NCBI GenBank assembly: GCA_964187785.1
Contig: OZ076409.1
Span: forward strand, 85,562,001-85,626,000
Source of the DNA: Amphiscolops sp. MND2022
Lineage: Eukaryota
DNA length: 64,000 bases
Direction of reading: 5' to 3'
Position 1 is the first letter of the stretch. Each line of letters begins with the position of its first letter. A program made the translations under genes and the position numbers. Positions 49,740 through 61,754 of the stretch are shown in pieces. A model generated the notes under the pieces. It saw only the letters and a list, made by a program, of their open reading frames with translations, did not search any database and was not told the origin of the DNA.

Positions 49740-52700
49740 CTATTTTTTGTTGCACAAGGGCGTACAAACAACAGCTTAAAGGTTGATATCAGTACTAGAG
49801 CACCGAGTGATTATCGAATGCAAAAATTTAGCAAGATTTTTTGCTGAATTCATACCAGTTACATTCATCAGCTGGTCATACTTGATGTCATTTGGGTTGC
49901 ATAGTAATATGCAGGTAAAAGTTCTTTACGCTTATCATCGAAGCTCTCGCATTTCAAAACCAGATGATACTCATCCGGTTCACATCGAGTCTCAAAAGGG
50001 GCAGGACTCTTCTGGACAGTTTAGGAATTTCGATTTTATCGGTAGAGCAAGTGCAGCACACCTAAAACTTGCTAGCTTTACTCTATCTGATCTTGATAGA
50101 GTCTCCCAAAAGGGTTCAAACACAAGTCGGTGTTTATATGGACGGTAGTTATTGCACAGAGAGTTGCTTTGAAGCCTAATCTGTCAAGACTTAAAACCTA
50201 GATCTCGGCATTTTGGTTCGATGAACTTTCCAAACTCATAATCGGATACTAGACCGACATATTCTTCCGCCAACGGGATTCCACAGTTCATAAGAATCTG
50301 TTTAATTCCCAAATGCCATTGCGTGGCTTCATTTCTATAATATAGCCAACGAAAAACAGCGCATGGCTGTTTTTCGGTCGATTTAGTAACTTTCCAAAAA
50401 TTTATCATTCATGTCCATAGAGAAAAATTTAACTTCATGGTGACCCACTTCTCCGTACACCATAGCTTCGGGCGCGCTTTTACCTAGTTCTAACATCCGT
50501 CTCAAAAAATTTCTGTGAAATACTTCGTTTTGTTCATTGTTCTCGTAACCCCCAAATCACAATCGTATCGCGAAATTGGCAGTATCAGGCTGCAAAAAAG
50601 ATGAAGCCTTGTTCTCACTTGTAGATCCACTTTACTTAGAAGAATGTCGATTTTGATCAGAGCTTTTTTCACCTTGTCAATATTATGCTTTATCGCGACT
50701 TGAAAAATGATATCTTATCTAAAAAAACCTTCGTAACAAAAAGTATCTACTCGCTCAATTGCTTGGCTGTGAGCAGTGATAGCATGATCCTTCCGGATTT
50801 GCCTCGCAAGAAGATAATTAACAGGTTTACTAGTATTTACAGACATGTTGTTCACCTCGCAGTAGCTTAATGTTGCAATAATAATTTTTTGCATATCCTT
50901 AGCAGTTTCACTAAAAGGTAGGGTGTCGTCTGCGTACAAAACGTAGAGCTTCAAAAAGTGCATATCCATTTCATCATAATCGAGACTTATACCTGTGATT
51001 TTCGAGCTAACATTTTCCGGAAAATCATTCATGGAAATGATGAAAAGCAGAGGCGAAAGGTTATACTACATCTGTTAGGAATCCGTATAATACTACATCT
51101 GTTAGGAATCCGTTGACATCGACACAGGCTTTAGTTTTCCGGTAGAGATTTTCATAACTATTCAAGGTCATAACAAAATAAGACTTTTCTATTGATTTCA
51201 TAGTGGCCAAAATTTTTCCAGAGAAGGGCACGATCAACTCGGTCGAACGCTTTCTCATAGTCAACAAAAGTCACTAAAAGTCTTTTCATTTCAGCTAAAT
51301 AAGTCGATATTATAGCATATAGAACAAAGACGTGATCGCAGCATCCCATATTTTTTCCAAAACCAGCTTGCTCTTGTCCTAGAACCTGTTTGTTTTCCAA
51401 CTCTTTTTCAATACTTTAAGTGATAAGAAAAGTGAAAAGCTTTCACAGACAGCTGGTAAGGGAAATACCTTGCATAATTATTTGGATCTTTTTTTGTCTC
51501 CTTTTTTATAGAGAGGGCCCAGTCATTCGGTACAACGCCACTTTTTGTCTTATTGAAAAATCGTCTTAACAAAGTTATCACTTTTTCATGGACATTATTC
51601 AAAAAATCTGGGAACACATCATCATGACCAGTTGATTCAACATTTCGCATTTTCTTCAGACAGGCAGTGATTTCTTCCACCGAAAATTTTTAATTAATAC
51701 TGGGATTTACAATGGTTTCGCATGAAGAATTTTCGTGATTACTGTGGTGAGGGCTCGTGGCACTGTTCAAAGTTTTGAAGTGGTGAAAAGAACAGATGTT
51801 GCAATCGATATTTTCCCATGATCCTGGTTAAAGCTTTTCAATAGTTTCCAATATTCTTTAGGATCTTTTATCTTTTTAGTTTGGAGTTCGGCATTGAACC
51901 TCTCAGAAGCCAAGAATTTTTTTGCTTCAGAACTTTCTATAAATCTTGAAACCTGATTTACGCTTCTCGTCATTATTATATCTTAGAGCCTTCCTTCGTA
52001 TACGTCGATAATTTATTCGTTGCTCATGACATTCCCGATCAAACCAAAATCTCGTTTTCTCACACTTTTTTCAGCTCATGCAGCGCATTTGCTTTGGTTG
52101 CGGAATCTTTTATGACCTGGACTATTCTGGCATTCACTACATTCAAAGTTTCTAGTGAACAAGGTTCCTCTAAGCTATTTTCAATCAGTTCGATCAGTTC
52201 TTTCAATTTTATTTCCGAGGTGTAAAGTTCTGGCACTTCTCGCTTCCATTTCCTTTTTAGTTTTGGTACCACCACCGAACCGTCCGTAGGAGTTTCCGTC
52301 GATCCCGCTAATTCTGTTACAACCGGACAATGCACGTCAGATAGACATTCATCAAAATTTCAAACAGTTATGTCTTTTATTAAATTCGCAAAGACGAACT
52401 ATCTGTTATGAAGTAATCAATAAGCCTTTTAACATTCTGTGTTATACAGGTGAAGTCTTCTATCCCTTTTCTGATCCAATCTTTCCATTGACAATGCTCA
52501 TTTCCGGTGTCTTGCACAGATCGAGCAGACAACGACCGTGCGTGTTGGTGATTTTATCCCGGTTTCTCCTAGAGGGAATTTCGTTGTTCTCGTTATCAAG
52601 CTCAACAAAATCCTCACTCCAGTACGTGCCTTGAAGTCGCCTAGCAAAATCATTTAGAGTCACAGTTGTCAAAATTCAAAAGATCTTTTTGGTTTTTTTT

Positions 52701-54200
52701 CGAAACTTTCAACATCCCAGTACCTCGAGCATTCATCAAGAACATAATATAGTCCAAACCAGTAGTCAATAGTTTCTAGTAGTACTTTGAGCCACAGTCC
52801 TAAATCAGTGTCAGTCAACTGGTACTTCAGTGACTTGCGCACTATAAAAGCTAGTTTCATATATCCTTTCTGGAACAGTTTATCTTTTTTCCTGTGAAGT
52901 TTTCATGTGTATCGATATCAAGATCAAATGCGTTGAATAGTGTGTAAGTCAGTCCTATTATATCATGGCCATTGACTACGTGTTGGATTTCGTACATGTT
53001 AAGTTTGCTTCTAATACCACGGACATTCAGAAGGAGAGCACTGAGTCTGCATTTGAAGTTCGAGCTAAGTTTTGAGGGCTTTGATTCCTATTCTTCGAAC
53101 ACTCTTTTCATATTGGTAGCGTCCCCACCCAGTTTGGTTCCCAATTCGCTCAACGTGTTAATGGCACCATTCTCTTGCCCTCGCTAAAACATAAGTCGAC
53201 ACTCGTAATTAGTGACTCTATATCCTTCATTTTTCATCCAATACAGGGCTCTGGCCCTCTCTTTTGCTAGTTGCTCGCGGACAAAGACGTTGAAGTGAAT
53301 CTCCGAAAATTTCAGGCGATGCTTCAATTCGTTTATCAGGTTTTTGGTGTTTCGACGAGTGAATTTTGCGATTATGGGCCTGTGTTCATCTGATCTTTGG
53401 TTCCGCGTGTGCTGTCGGTGGCTAACAGAAACATCATCGTGCATGATTTCTCCCCATTGCAAAAGCAGTTTGAACTATTTTGTCGACCCAGTCTTCATTT
53501 TCACATTCTCTTAGACCGAAGAACAATAAGCAATCCCGTCTGTTGTATTGCTCAATACCCTCTAATCTCCACTCAGTTGAGAAGCATGGCACTGGCTCAT
53601 TGTGTCCACTAGTCCGAGGGTCTGCGGTGCCAGGGAGAGTTACGTTTGACATTGTTTCTTTCAAGAGCGAGTCAAGATTTTCGGAGAAAATATCTGTATA
53701 ATCGCGGCTCTGTAGTGCGTTGACTTCACTTTACAACTTTTGATTTGCCACCATCAATCTGTCAAAGTTTGCTTCCGCTCGCGACAAGCTGTCGGTGATG
53801 CAGCAGGCATTAGTCTTCAAGGTAGCTTTTTGTCTTCAAGAACTTTTTGACTGGTTTTGAGATCTTTAATTGACTGGCAAATGCTTGTTAGTTTCAATTG
53901 GATACCGTAGTGTCTCTCACCAATGGAAGCTAGCTTCTCGTTGATACTGACGAGATTTGTCTCAATGCAAGTATACACTTTAGCAAACTGATCTTCGATG
54001 TTTTTGAAAACAGCGTCTTGAAGGCTTGCTTTCAATGACGGGAGAATAGCTTCTGCCAGTTCTTCGAAGTTGAGACCTGACATCGCAATGGCGTTTCGCG
54101 AGGACGCTGATGAGCGCGAAGCAGTTTTTGTAACAATGGGTGACTCTTTCTGGTTCTGAGCATTTAACATTCTCTCAGACATGGATTAAGCTGAAATTTT
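49740..54200 (-). mobile_element. Degraded full-length LINE (coiled-coil/RRM-type ORF1 plus APE-RT ORF2)
   Basis: ORF1 fragments IEQYNRRDCLLFFGL, PIIAKF and FVREQL (53184-54182). APE fragments LNVRGI and RRNRDK.TN.HGR.LLDLCK. RT fragments EQAGF..CDHVFVL, FVDYEKAFDRVDR and LYADD. Boundaries approximate. Confidence 0.9.
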
Positions 54201-54439
54201 TTAACACGGTATGCCAGCAAGAAATGAATCTCCGAAGGCCAGACCGTATCAGAAAAACCAACTACTAACCTATTGGGCCCCTCCTTGTTGTTTCGCTCTC
54301 CTTTTCTTTTGAGATACTCGTTTCTTTTTTGATCTTGTATTCCGGTTATACTTTTTAGGTCAGCAACGTTCTTCAGGACAATGTTCAGTGATTTAAGTTC
54401 CAAGAGTGAGCTCTGGTGGATGGCTCAATACTAGACTCC

Positions 54440-54900
54440 GAAAGCGTTATCCTTTTGTTTACGCTTGGAGACCAGATTCTTCACGCTGATGACAGGAATG
54501 CCCGCTTTTTTGTATCCTGATATGCGTCAGGAGACCTTACCTGTTGGCAATCTACTATTGCGCTGACCTTATTTCTGATTGTTTTCAAAGTTTCAACTAA
54601 TGCTTGACTTGGCACTGCTGGTGACATCTTGAATTAATGCTCGGAGAGTGTGTTATTAATTATATCATGCCAGATCACAAGAATTTCCCGTCTGGCAAGC
54701 TTTCCTGTCAGAAGATTCTGAAGGCTTTTAAGGAAACCATCCGAGTTGCTATTAGATTGTTGTTTTAAACTCAAACCTGGAATTGCAGTTACAACCTGGA
54801 AGTAAGACCTTCTGTTCTGGTACTTCAATGATTTCAGTGTCTTTTACAGAGAGCTTGCGTTCTTCGATGACTTCTGCGTCGATCACAGTCCCTTGAAACA
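54440..54900 (-). mobile_element. Fragment of an SGNH-esterase-like ORF, probably retroelement-derived
   Basis: TAIPGLSL...LVIWHDIINNTL resembles SGNH blocks II and III. The reading frame is interrupted. Confidence 0.35.
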
Positions 54901-55710
54901 ATCCCAGTTGATCTTGCTGATCGCCGGACTTTCTGAAATCCCGAAGGCTACCCAATCGTAGTACACTGCCGGCACACATCCTCTCTGAAGTGAACTTATT
55001 GGACAGCAGTTGGACTTGCAAATGCTATATGATGAGTTTATCACAACAATAAGTTTGAACCAAACAATAAGGCAGGAAAATTATTGAAACCTCAAGAATT
55101 CTTTTTTTTCAAATTAATTCTTGTTGTGATACTGAAAAATTCAATTAATTTCTTCGAGAGTGACTATAAGCGTGAGAAGTAAATTTCTCAAGCTGCCGAC
55201 GACAATTTAATTCTCGTGAGATGAAGCGAGTGAGCGGTGTTTATGCTTTCGTACGCCGAGTTATTGAGATGAAGCGAGCGAGTGTTCGTAATTAAGATGA
55301 AGCGAATGAGTGTTCATTAATCGTTCGAAGAGAGCTTCGCCTGCATTCAAATGCGAATGCGAAACTTCGTCTACGCTTAGTAGTTATATTTTTTTGTCCG
55401 AGAAGAGTTAGAAGCGGTGTATTTTAATTGTGCGCCAAATTTTGATTAAACAGGAGTGTATTGATATTCCAGATATGATTATATTATTAAAAATGAAAGA
55501 TTAAAGCAGAAATGATAGTGCGCCCCGGAGAAACCTATTTTTGTAAAGTGAATATCGAAAAGCTTGAAGGTGTGAACACACCGAAGATATCTAAACGTAT
55601 TTTTTTTGTCAATAAAATTCAGACAGACAAAACGACTTCTGTATTTTCCAAAACTATTTGCTGCTGTTTTCAAGTCTTGCATGTAAGCAATGCTCTATTC
55701 AAGCAAAAAG

Positions 55711-57366
55711 TGTTACGACTGCTTACCGGTGTGATTTTACGAGTAGTCGCAGTGGTTTTGGTTTTTATTGGTGTTGATGTCGCATTTTCCGGGATGTTCT
55801 CGGGATCAGAATCAGTTTCTTCGGATGCTCTGGCTTCAGCATGTTTTTTAGTTACTGGGGCTATTAGTTTTAACATTTCCTTTTGGTTCTCAGCTAGAAT
55901 TTTAGTGAGATCGGACATTATCTCTCTTCCCAGGGAAGATCTAATTTCTTCTAGGTTTTCGGTGAGTATTCTAGGAGATTTGCTCGTTCCCGCTACGGGA
56001 TTTAGGTTTTGGTTAGCCTCAGGTATCGGAGTCTCGATTTCAGTGGAAACTAATTCCTCGGTAGCTTTTCTTTTCTGGCTTCTGGTAGTCATTTTTCAGA
56101 GTTCAAGAACAAGGTCTTCGGAAAATATTTGAATTCGTCGAAGAATGAGTTTTCGTTATTATAACGGAACAAAATTGATCGCAGTGAAACAAAAGGGTTG
56201 ATTGATTTTTACATGAGATTTCTAACTATATATACCCTCTCAGCATCATTTGTTCCTCACCTAAAAATTCCTAGGAATCCCTAAAATCCGTTTTGTTCAT
56301 AAAAAATGCTTAATCATCCATATCATTTCAGCCTTTCAATTAATTGTTCATAATTTAAAATTCCTAGTTACGGCAATCTTACGGAGTACTTGTTGAAATC
56401 ATTTTTGTTCAGTTGTCCCGTTTCCGGTTTAATCACGGAAAAGGCGGCAAAATAAAAGTCTAGTTAGATTTTCATCGCAAGAGGCACGCTGGCGTGAACG
56501 ATGATTCAGTTTGCGTGCGATGAAATTTTCAACTCGCTATAAAAATGATGACAAGCAAAATTTGCTACGGAAATATCTCGGACTAATTTCGGATTAATGA
56601 AGTGAGATATTTGACAAGGAACAAGTGATGCTGAAAAGGTGATAAACATAAACAAGAATTCTGATTATTGAAGAATCAAGAATATCTGGCAACATGACAG
56701 AAACATCTAACAATATTTTACATGACTCGATTTTATAGCGAATAATCAAAATAACAAAATATTGCATTACATCCAGTAACGTTATACCAACGTAGCAAAA
56801 TTAGGTGACTTCTTTTGCGAAAATATAATACAAAGCTCCTTCATTAAGTGATTTACCTTTATCTTAACTAACAGCACGAACATTCTAATCTAATCACTAA
56901 ACGGGGGGAATCCGGGTGGAAAAAGTAAAACCTTATGATAATTTAAATATCTCAGAATAATTCTACATGACCTTAGGAACATCCTAATGTATTTGGATAG
57001 CTTCTGAGTTTTAGAATTTTCCACGCTTGTCTTACATGTATTAACATTAGGTATAACTTCACCTATTACAATTCACTCCGTAAACGCTCCGTAAATGCTC
57101 CCTACGTATTAAGATTGGCTATAATTTTCTCGGCTTACAATTTGTTCCGTAAGCACTCCGTACATATTAAGATTGAGTATAGCTTTCTTAGCTGCTAGCG
57201 GAGCAGGCTCGGAGTAATTCGCCATCTTTAAATTCATTCTTAATGACGTCATTAGGAATGGTTCTAACTAGCTTGAGCGCAAATTTGCTGGTATTAGCTA
57301 CAACGCTATTGGTCCGTAAGTTAGAAATACCAGCAACTTAGATATTTGAGTGACGCTGTCATAACG
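55711..57366 (-). mobile_element. Probable solo LTR carrying the start of a gag-like ORF
   Basis: Imperfect inverted termini TGTTACGACTGCTTAC / GTGACGCTGTCATAACG. ORF 55670-56092 (MTTRSQKRKA...EIMSDLTKILAENQKEMLKLIAP) is a low-complexity coiled-coil N-terminus whose element-derived part ends at the ...AACA terminus. No TSD seen. Confidence 0.55.
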
Positions 57367-58785
57367 TTGTAAAGGTTTATTCAAATTACTTGACTGTATT
57401 TTGAGTAGCTTTTTACAACTACTTCAAACTCTGAAAACAAATCTTCTTAACTGTTTCTATGTTCTTTTCATTTTAGATTGTATGCGTTCCGTTGGGATCA
57501 CGGAATTAGATATTGTTTTAGTGTTTTCATTTTAGTGTGGAGAAAAGAAAAATTGATCCCAGTGTTAGGAATGTTTCCTTTTTAGTATTTAGATTGGCAT
57601 GGAATTTTCATCAGTCGAAACCGGAAGTGATGAAACGATTGCTTGTGAAATCATTAAACCGGAAATTTTCTTTTTGTCTAAATCATTTTTGAATAATTTA
57701 CGTTGCGCTTCCGTTAAACTTAATTCGTGCTGCTGTTTGGATAAAAGGTAAGGCATTAAATAGAGTTTACTCAATGTTGTGTAGCTCTGCCGTGTCCTTT
57801 TCCTCGCGTGAATTGCGGTATTCCTCCACAGCAAGTGAAGTCCCGACCGGGAGCGGGTCGTGACAAAAAGTACATTTACTATGCTTGCTTTTCTCTGCTT
57901 CACAACGAGTGAGACACTACTTTGAATGTGAGAAGTTTCCGAAATGTTAGTTGCAAATTGCTCACTAAAATAATTTAGTTATTTTGCAATCGCTCTGACC
58001 AGGCCATTTGGGGTGTTCAAGATCAATTTACCCTGAGATGACGTTTTCTTGAATGTTCCTGAAAGGAAATAAAGTTTTTCCAGATGAAACGGTCGGAAAA
58101 ATCTCCGAACATGTGACTTGTCACGGTGATTCGCTTTATGTCCGGAATGAAGAAAGATTGTGCGGACCTTGATTTTGTGCGCTGATTCGCCCATGATATG
58201 GAAAAGGTTCATTTCTGCCACTTGTTTGCGAAAATATTTTGAGAATTATTTGCGCTTTTTGAAACCGTTCATCTCAACTCTGCGTCAAAATCAATTATTC
58301 GACACTCTGCTATCAATGATTTCGAAAAATTCATAGCTGTATTTTTTCGGAGTGTTTGTTGTAATTTATTTTTAATGTTTTTTTCTATTTAAATGTTTCA
58401 AAAACGTCTAGGAAGTCGTTTTCAGTAAGTTTTTGGATAAAAATACTCTAAATTTATTCAGTTTAGAACCATATATTTTCGATAGTGAAATTTTCAAATC
58501 AAAACTTGAAGGCCAAAAAATATCTGAAAGGGTACCTATGAGACTCGATAAATTACCTTGAAATTGTTCAGTTTCGAACCTTTGGTCTTTCCTCTGTTAC
58601 TTTTGTACGGATAAACTATTTTGGCCCACGCCAGGGCAGGATTTGAACCAACGTACACCTGATGTCCAGCCACTTGGAAATGTTTATCGAAATCAGTCAG
58701 TTCGCTGGTCTTGAAAAAGAAAAGCCACTACTGTAGTCTGCTTTTCCTGGAGCGTCACGGTCTGCTTTTTCTGGAGCGTCATCAG

Positions 58786-58957
58786 GTCATCAGCTTTTAT
58801 CTAGCGTATTTTAGACGAGCCCTAGGGCAAAGCACCGCTCAGGCTTTCAATTCAGTTAGTCTTGCCATTCGTTGACCTTGCGCTTCGATTGTAAGCCTGC
58901 AGGAGCGGTGCTTTGCCCTAGGGTTCTCCTAAAATACGCTAGATAAAAGCTGATGAC
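58786..58957. repeat. 172-bp near-perfect hairpin (MITE-like)
   Basis: GTCATCAGCTTTTATCTAGCGTATTTTAG..CCCTAGGGCAAAGCACCGCTC / GAGCGGTGCTTTGCCCTAGGG..CTAAAATACGCTAGATAAAAGCTGATGAC. Confidence 0.85.
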
Positions 58958-60023
58958 TCGTCAACAAGCTTCAGATGAAGTGGAAGCAACATACTCATAT
59001 AACTTTTTTATGTAGGAAAGTTAATGAACAGAAGAAAATCAACCAACTCTTATTTCCAAAGTTGTTTTCGCAATTGAAGAATTGTCTAATAGTGATAGAC
59101 TAAATTGTGGAGCGTTTCTTAGCAAGATACGAAGAATATATCATAAACACTGAATTGTCAACATTTTTGGCAACTTTTTAAAAAGGCGCAGCCCACTCTC
59201 TCGTATACTGAAATTGTACAAATGGTCACTGCTAACGACTCCAGTTTTTAGATGTAAAGCTGGCAAACTTTGAAATGAAAAAGTAATTTTGCATTTTCTT
59301 TAAAAAGTTGTGTTAGAGTATAAATGCGATAATGAATTGTGGAGTAGGCTTTCACAAGAAATGGAATCAGTATAATAACATTTAAATGGCCAATTTAAGG
59401 ATATCTGAATAGGGGCTATAAGGTTTCAAAGTTCAAAAACCACGAAAAGTGTCACGAATTCGAGAAAGGAAATATGATGTCGTTCATGAAAATTTGAAAA
59501 ACAATACGTTTCGTTTCGCACGTTTAAACTACGACAAGATTTGGGCTCTAATTCATTACCTACAGAATCAAAAGCAATTGAATAGGACTCGAAATTGTAA
59601 ATTTATTCGATCAATGTCTAGTTCAATTAACTTCGCGAACACATAATCGCTTCTCGGTGTCGATTCACGAGAAATTGGTCTCATATAGTTATAGTTATGC
59701 CCATAATGTCTCCAAAATGGAAGCTGTGAGTGATATATGCACACGGCTGATAATCAAATTTTTCTAAAGCGCAGCGTTTCTCAGAGCTTTTTTACTCATG
59801 CCTCTCAAGCTATATAAGTTATTTTGAAATGGAAACCTCACTTATCAACTGGTCCGGCTTTATTCTCTATTTTGAAATTTCCCCAATTTCGTTTTCCCCA
59901 TTTCTATGTCTTGAAGAGAAGTCGCATTTTGGCTTCACATCTTTAGAAGCCGCGTCTGGTACCCAGGAAATTGGTTTCCAAACTAAAACTTGCAATTTTT
60001 AATCACTGCCTATGTTGAGCACT

Positions 60024-60796
60024 CCCTGCGAATCTGTACAGATCTTGACAGATCTTGACAGATATTCCAGGATTTGTCGAAGTTTAACTAGTCGTAAATA
60101 CAGTTTGAATTTTAAATATTTGTTGATTAAAAACTGCTCTTCGAGATAAACACGTCTCTCAATTGAAGTTTAAAAAAAGTTTCTGTGTGAATCTGTACAG
60201 ATCTGTACAGATCCTGAGAGATATTCCAAGATTTGATGAAAATTAACCATGACCAAAAAATTACTATAACGTATTCCAAGTTTCCAGCAATTACTAAAAC
60301 TAATCCAGCTAACCATTTGCTCAAAATATTACAACCACATCACTTTATCAACACCTCTACCATTACATGTCACATGTCTAATTACATTCGCCAAATCAAA
60401 GTCAATATGGCAAACGAGCCTCTCAAAGTTGAACAACCACTTCGGAAATGTTCAAGTGAAATGGATTAATTATCGTGCAAAACCAATACCGAATATTCCT
60501 CAGACACCAAAATTACCGTGATGGGGACAAACTTTCCTGCTCAGGAATTTTGAGTGATGGAGAGTTTCAACTGACTGAGCCTTGGTCATCAAAAATATTT
60601 GTTGAAGAAGCCCAAAAATGTAAATACACTGTTTCCAAAAAGATCTGGGGAAAAATTTCCCGGAAAACCTGTACAGAAAACTTTTGAACATCTGTAAAGA
60701 TCCTTGAAGATCTGCAGTTGTCCTTACGTAGCAGTGGCACGATCTTTACAGATTCTCAAGGAAAAAGGGCTCACAGATCTGTACAGATTCTCAAGG
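60024..60796. mobile_element. MITE with GATCTGTACAGATC subterminal repeats
   Basis: CCCTGCGAATCTGTACAGATC / GATCTGTACAGATTCTCAAGG termini, with internal repeats of the same palindromic unit. Confidence 0.6.
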
Positions 60797-61154
60797 AAAG
60801 CTCAACATGTGCATGCATTGGGTGAAAAACTATCGAGAGCTCTAGGTTATATTTCCGACCTATATAAAAAATTGAGACAAAAAGTTAAATTAAGGTGTGA
60901 GCCATAATGGTCAAGCTGTCAGTTCATGTAGCATTTGCGATCTCGCAATTTTGACTTGCTTTTATATCAATGAACTTCAATTGAAAACGACTGTCATTCG
61001 GGTTCATCTTCGATCAAATGACAAAATGCTTCGAATGCATTTTTGAAGATGGTTGGTCGAATCTTGTACAAATATTCACAATTGCTATTGGACAAAGTCA
61101 AATATTTTCACAAAGTCAATATACAATCGAGTCGTTCATCTTTTGGATTGTACA

Positions 61155-61754
61155 ATGAATTCGGAAGCTGGGCATAGTTATGACTACCAGCTTAAAATCG
61201 TAGTGCTCGGAGATTTCTGTTTGTGCAGAAAAAGAACTTTTTACATGTTAACAGGTAAAAAATATGACGTCAATGATCCTCTTATCGGCCTTGCGGTTGA
61301 TTTCCGAATCCGAAGACTATGGATTGATTCAAAACTAATCAAATTACAAGTCTGGTACCCAACTGGAGGTTATCGCCCTATATTACCTAGTTATTTTCGG
61401 GGTACCGATGGTTTTGTTATTGTTCACGACTGTTGCGATTCAAATGCAAAGTGTAATTTAGCAACATCGATGAACGAAATCCAGAAATCTGCACCTCGCA
61501 CTGCAAAAACGATGATAGTCCGTGGTCAATGTGATGAAAGCAAACCAAAAGGCGATGCAACGAAATGTTTCAACGTTGCTGAATCAAAGAATATCCCTTC
61601 TGTGGATCTTGATTATGAGCAACCAGAACAACTCGAGGAGCTTTTTCAGTCCATGCTTCGTCTAATTATCGACGACATTTTTCTCACAGAATTCAGCGAA
61701 AAAAGTAATTCCAGTAAAAGCTTTGAAAAAAACGGCCATTGCAGTTTTCTTTGA
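61155..61754 (+). CDS. Divergent Rab-like protein (putative pseudo-GTPase C), intronless, 199 aa, CaaX CSFL
   Basis: The ATG at 61155 (MNSEAGHSYDYQLKIVVLGDFCLCRKR) aligns with the start of copy A. AVDFRIRRLWIDSKLIKLQVWYPTGGYRPILPSYFRGTDGFV is shared with copies A and B. The track's TTG start at 61053 is unlikely. Confidence 0.88.
   Translation: MNSEAGHSYDYQLKIVVLGDFCLCRKRTFYMLTGKKYDVNDPLIGLAVDFRIRRLWIDSKLIKLQVWYPTGGYRPILPSYFRGTDGFVIVHDCCDSNAKCNLATSMNEIQKSAPRTAKTMIVRGQCDESKPKGDATKCFNVAESKNIPSVDLDYEQPEQLEELFQSMLRLIIDDIFLTEFSEKSNSSKSFEKNGHCSFL

Noticed and set aside
55512..56132. 206-aa + strand ORF
   Set aside because: Antisense shadow of the retroelement ORF 55670-56092 that crosses the element boundary
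57589..58221. Two minus-strand ORFs (104 and 80 aa)
   Set aside because: GTG starts, no recognisable motifs and no supportable splice structure. Possibly decayed TE sequence.
61053..61154. 34-aa N-terminal extension of Rab-like gene C
   Set aside because: Depends on a TTG start. The ATG at 61155 aligns with the paralogue starts.
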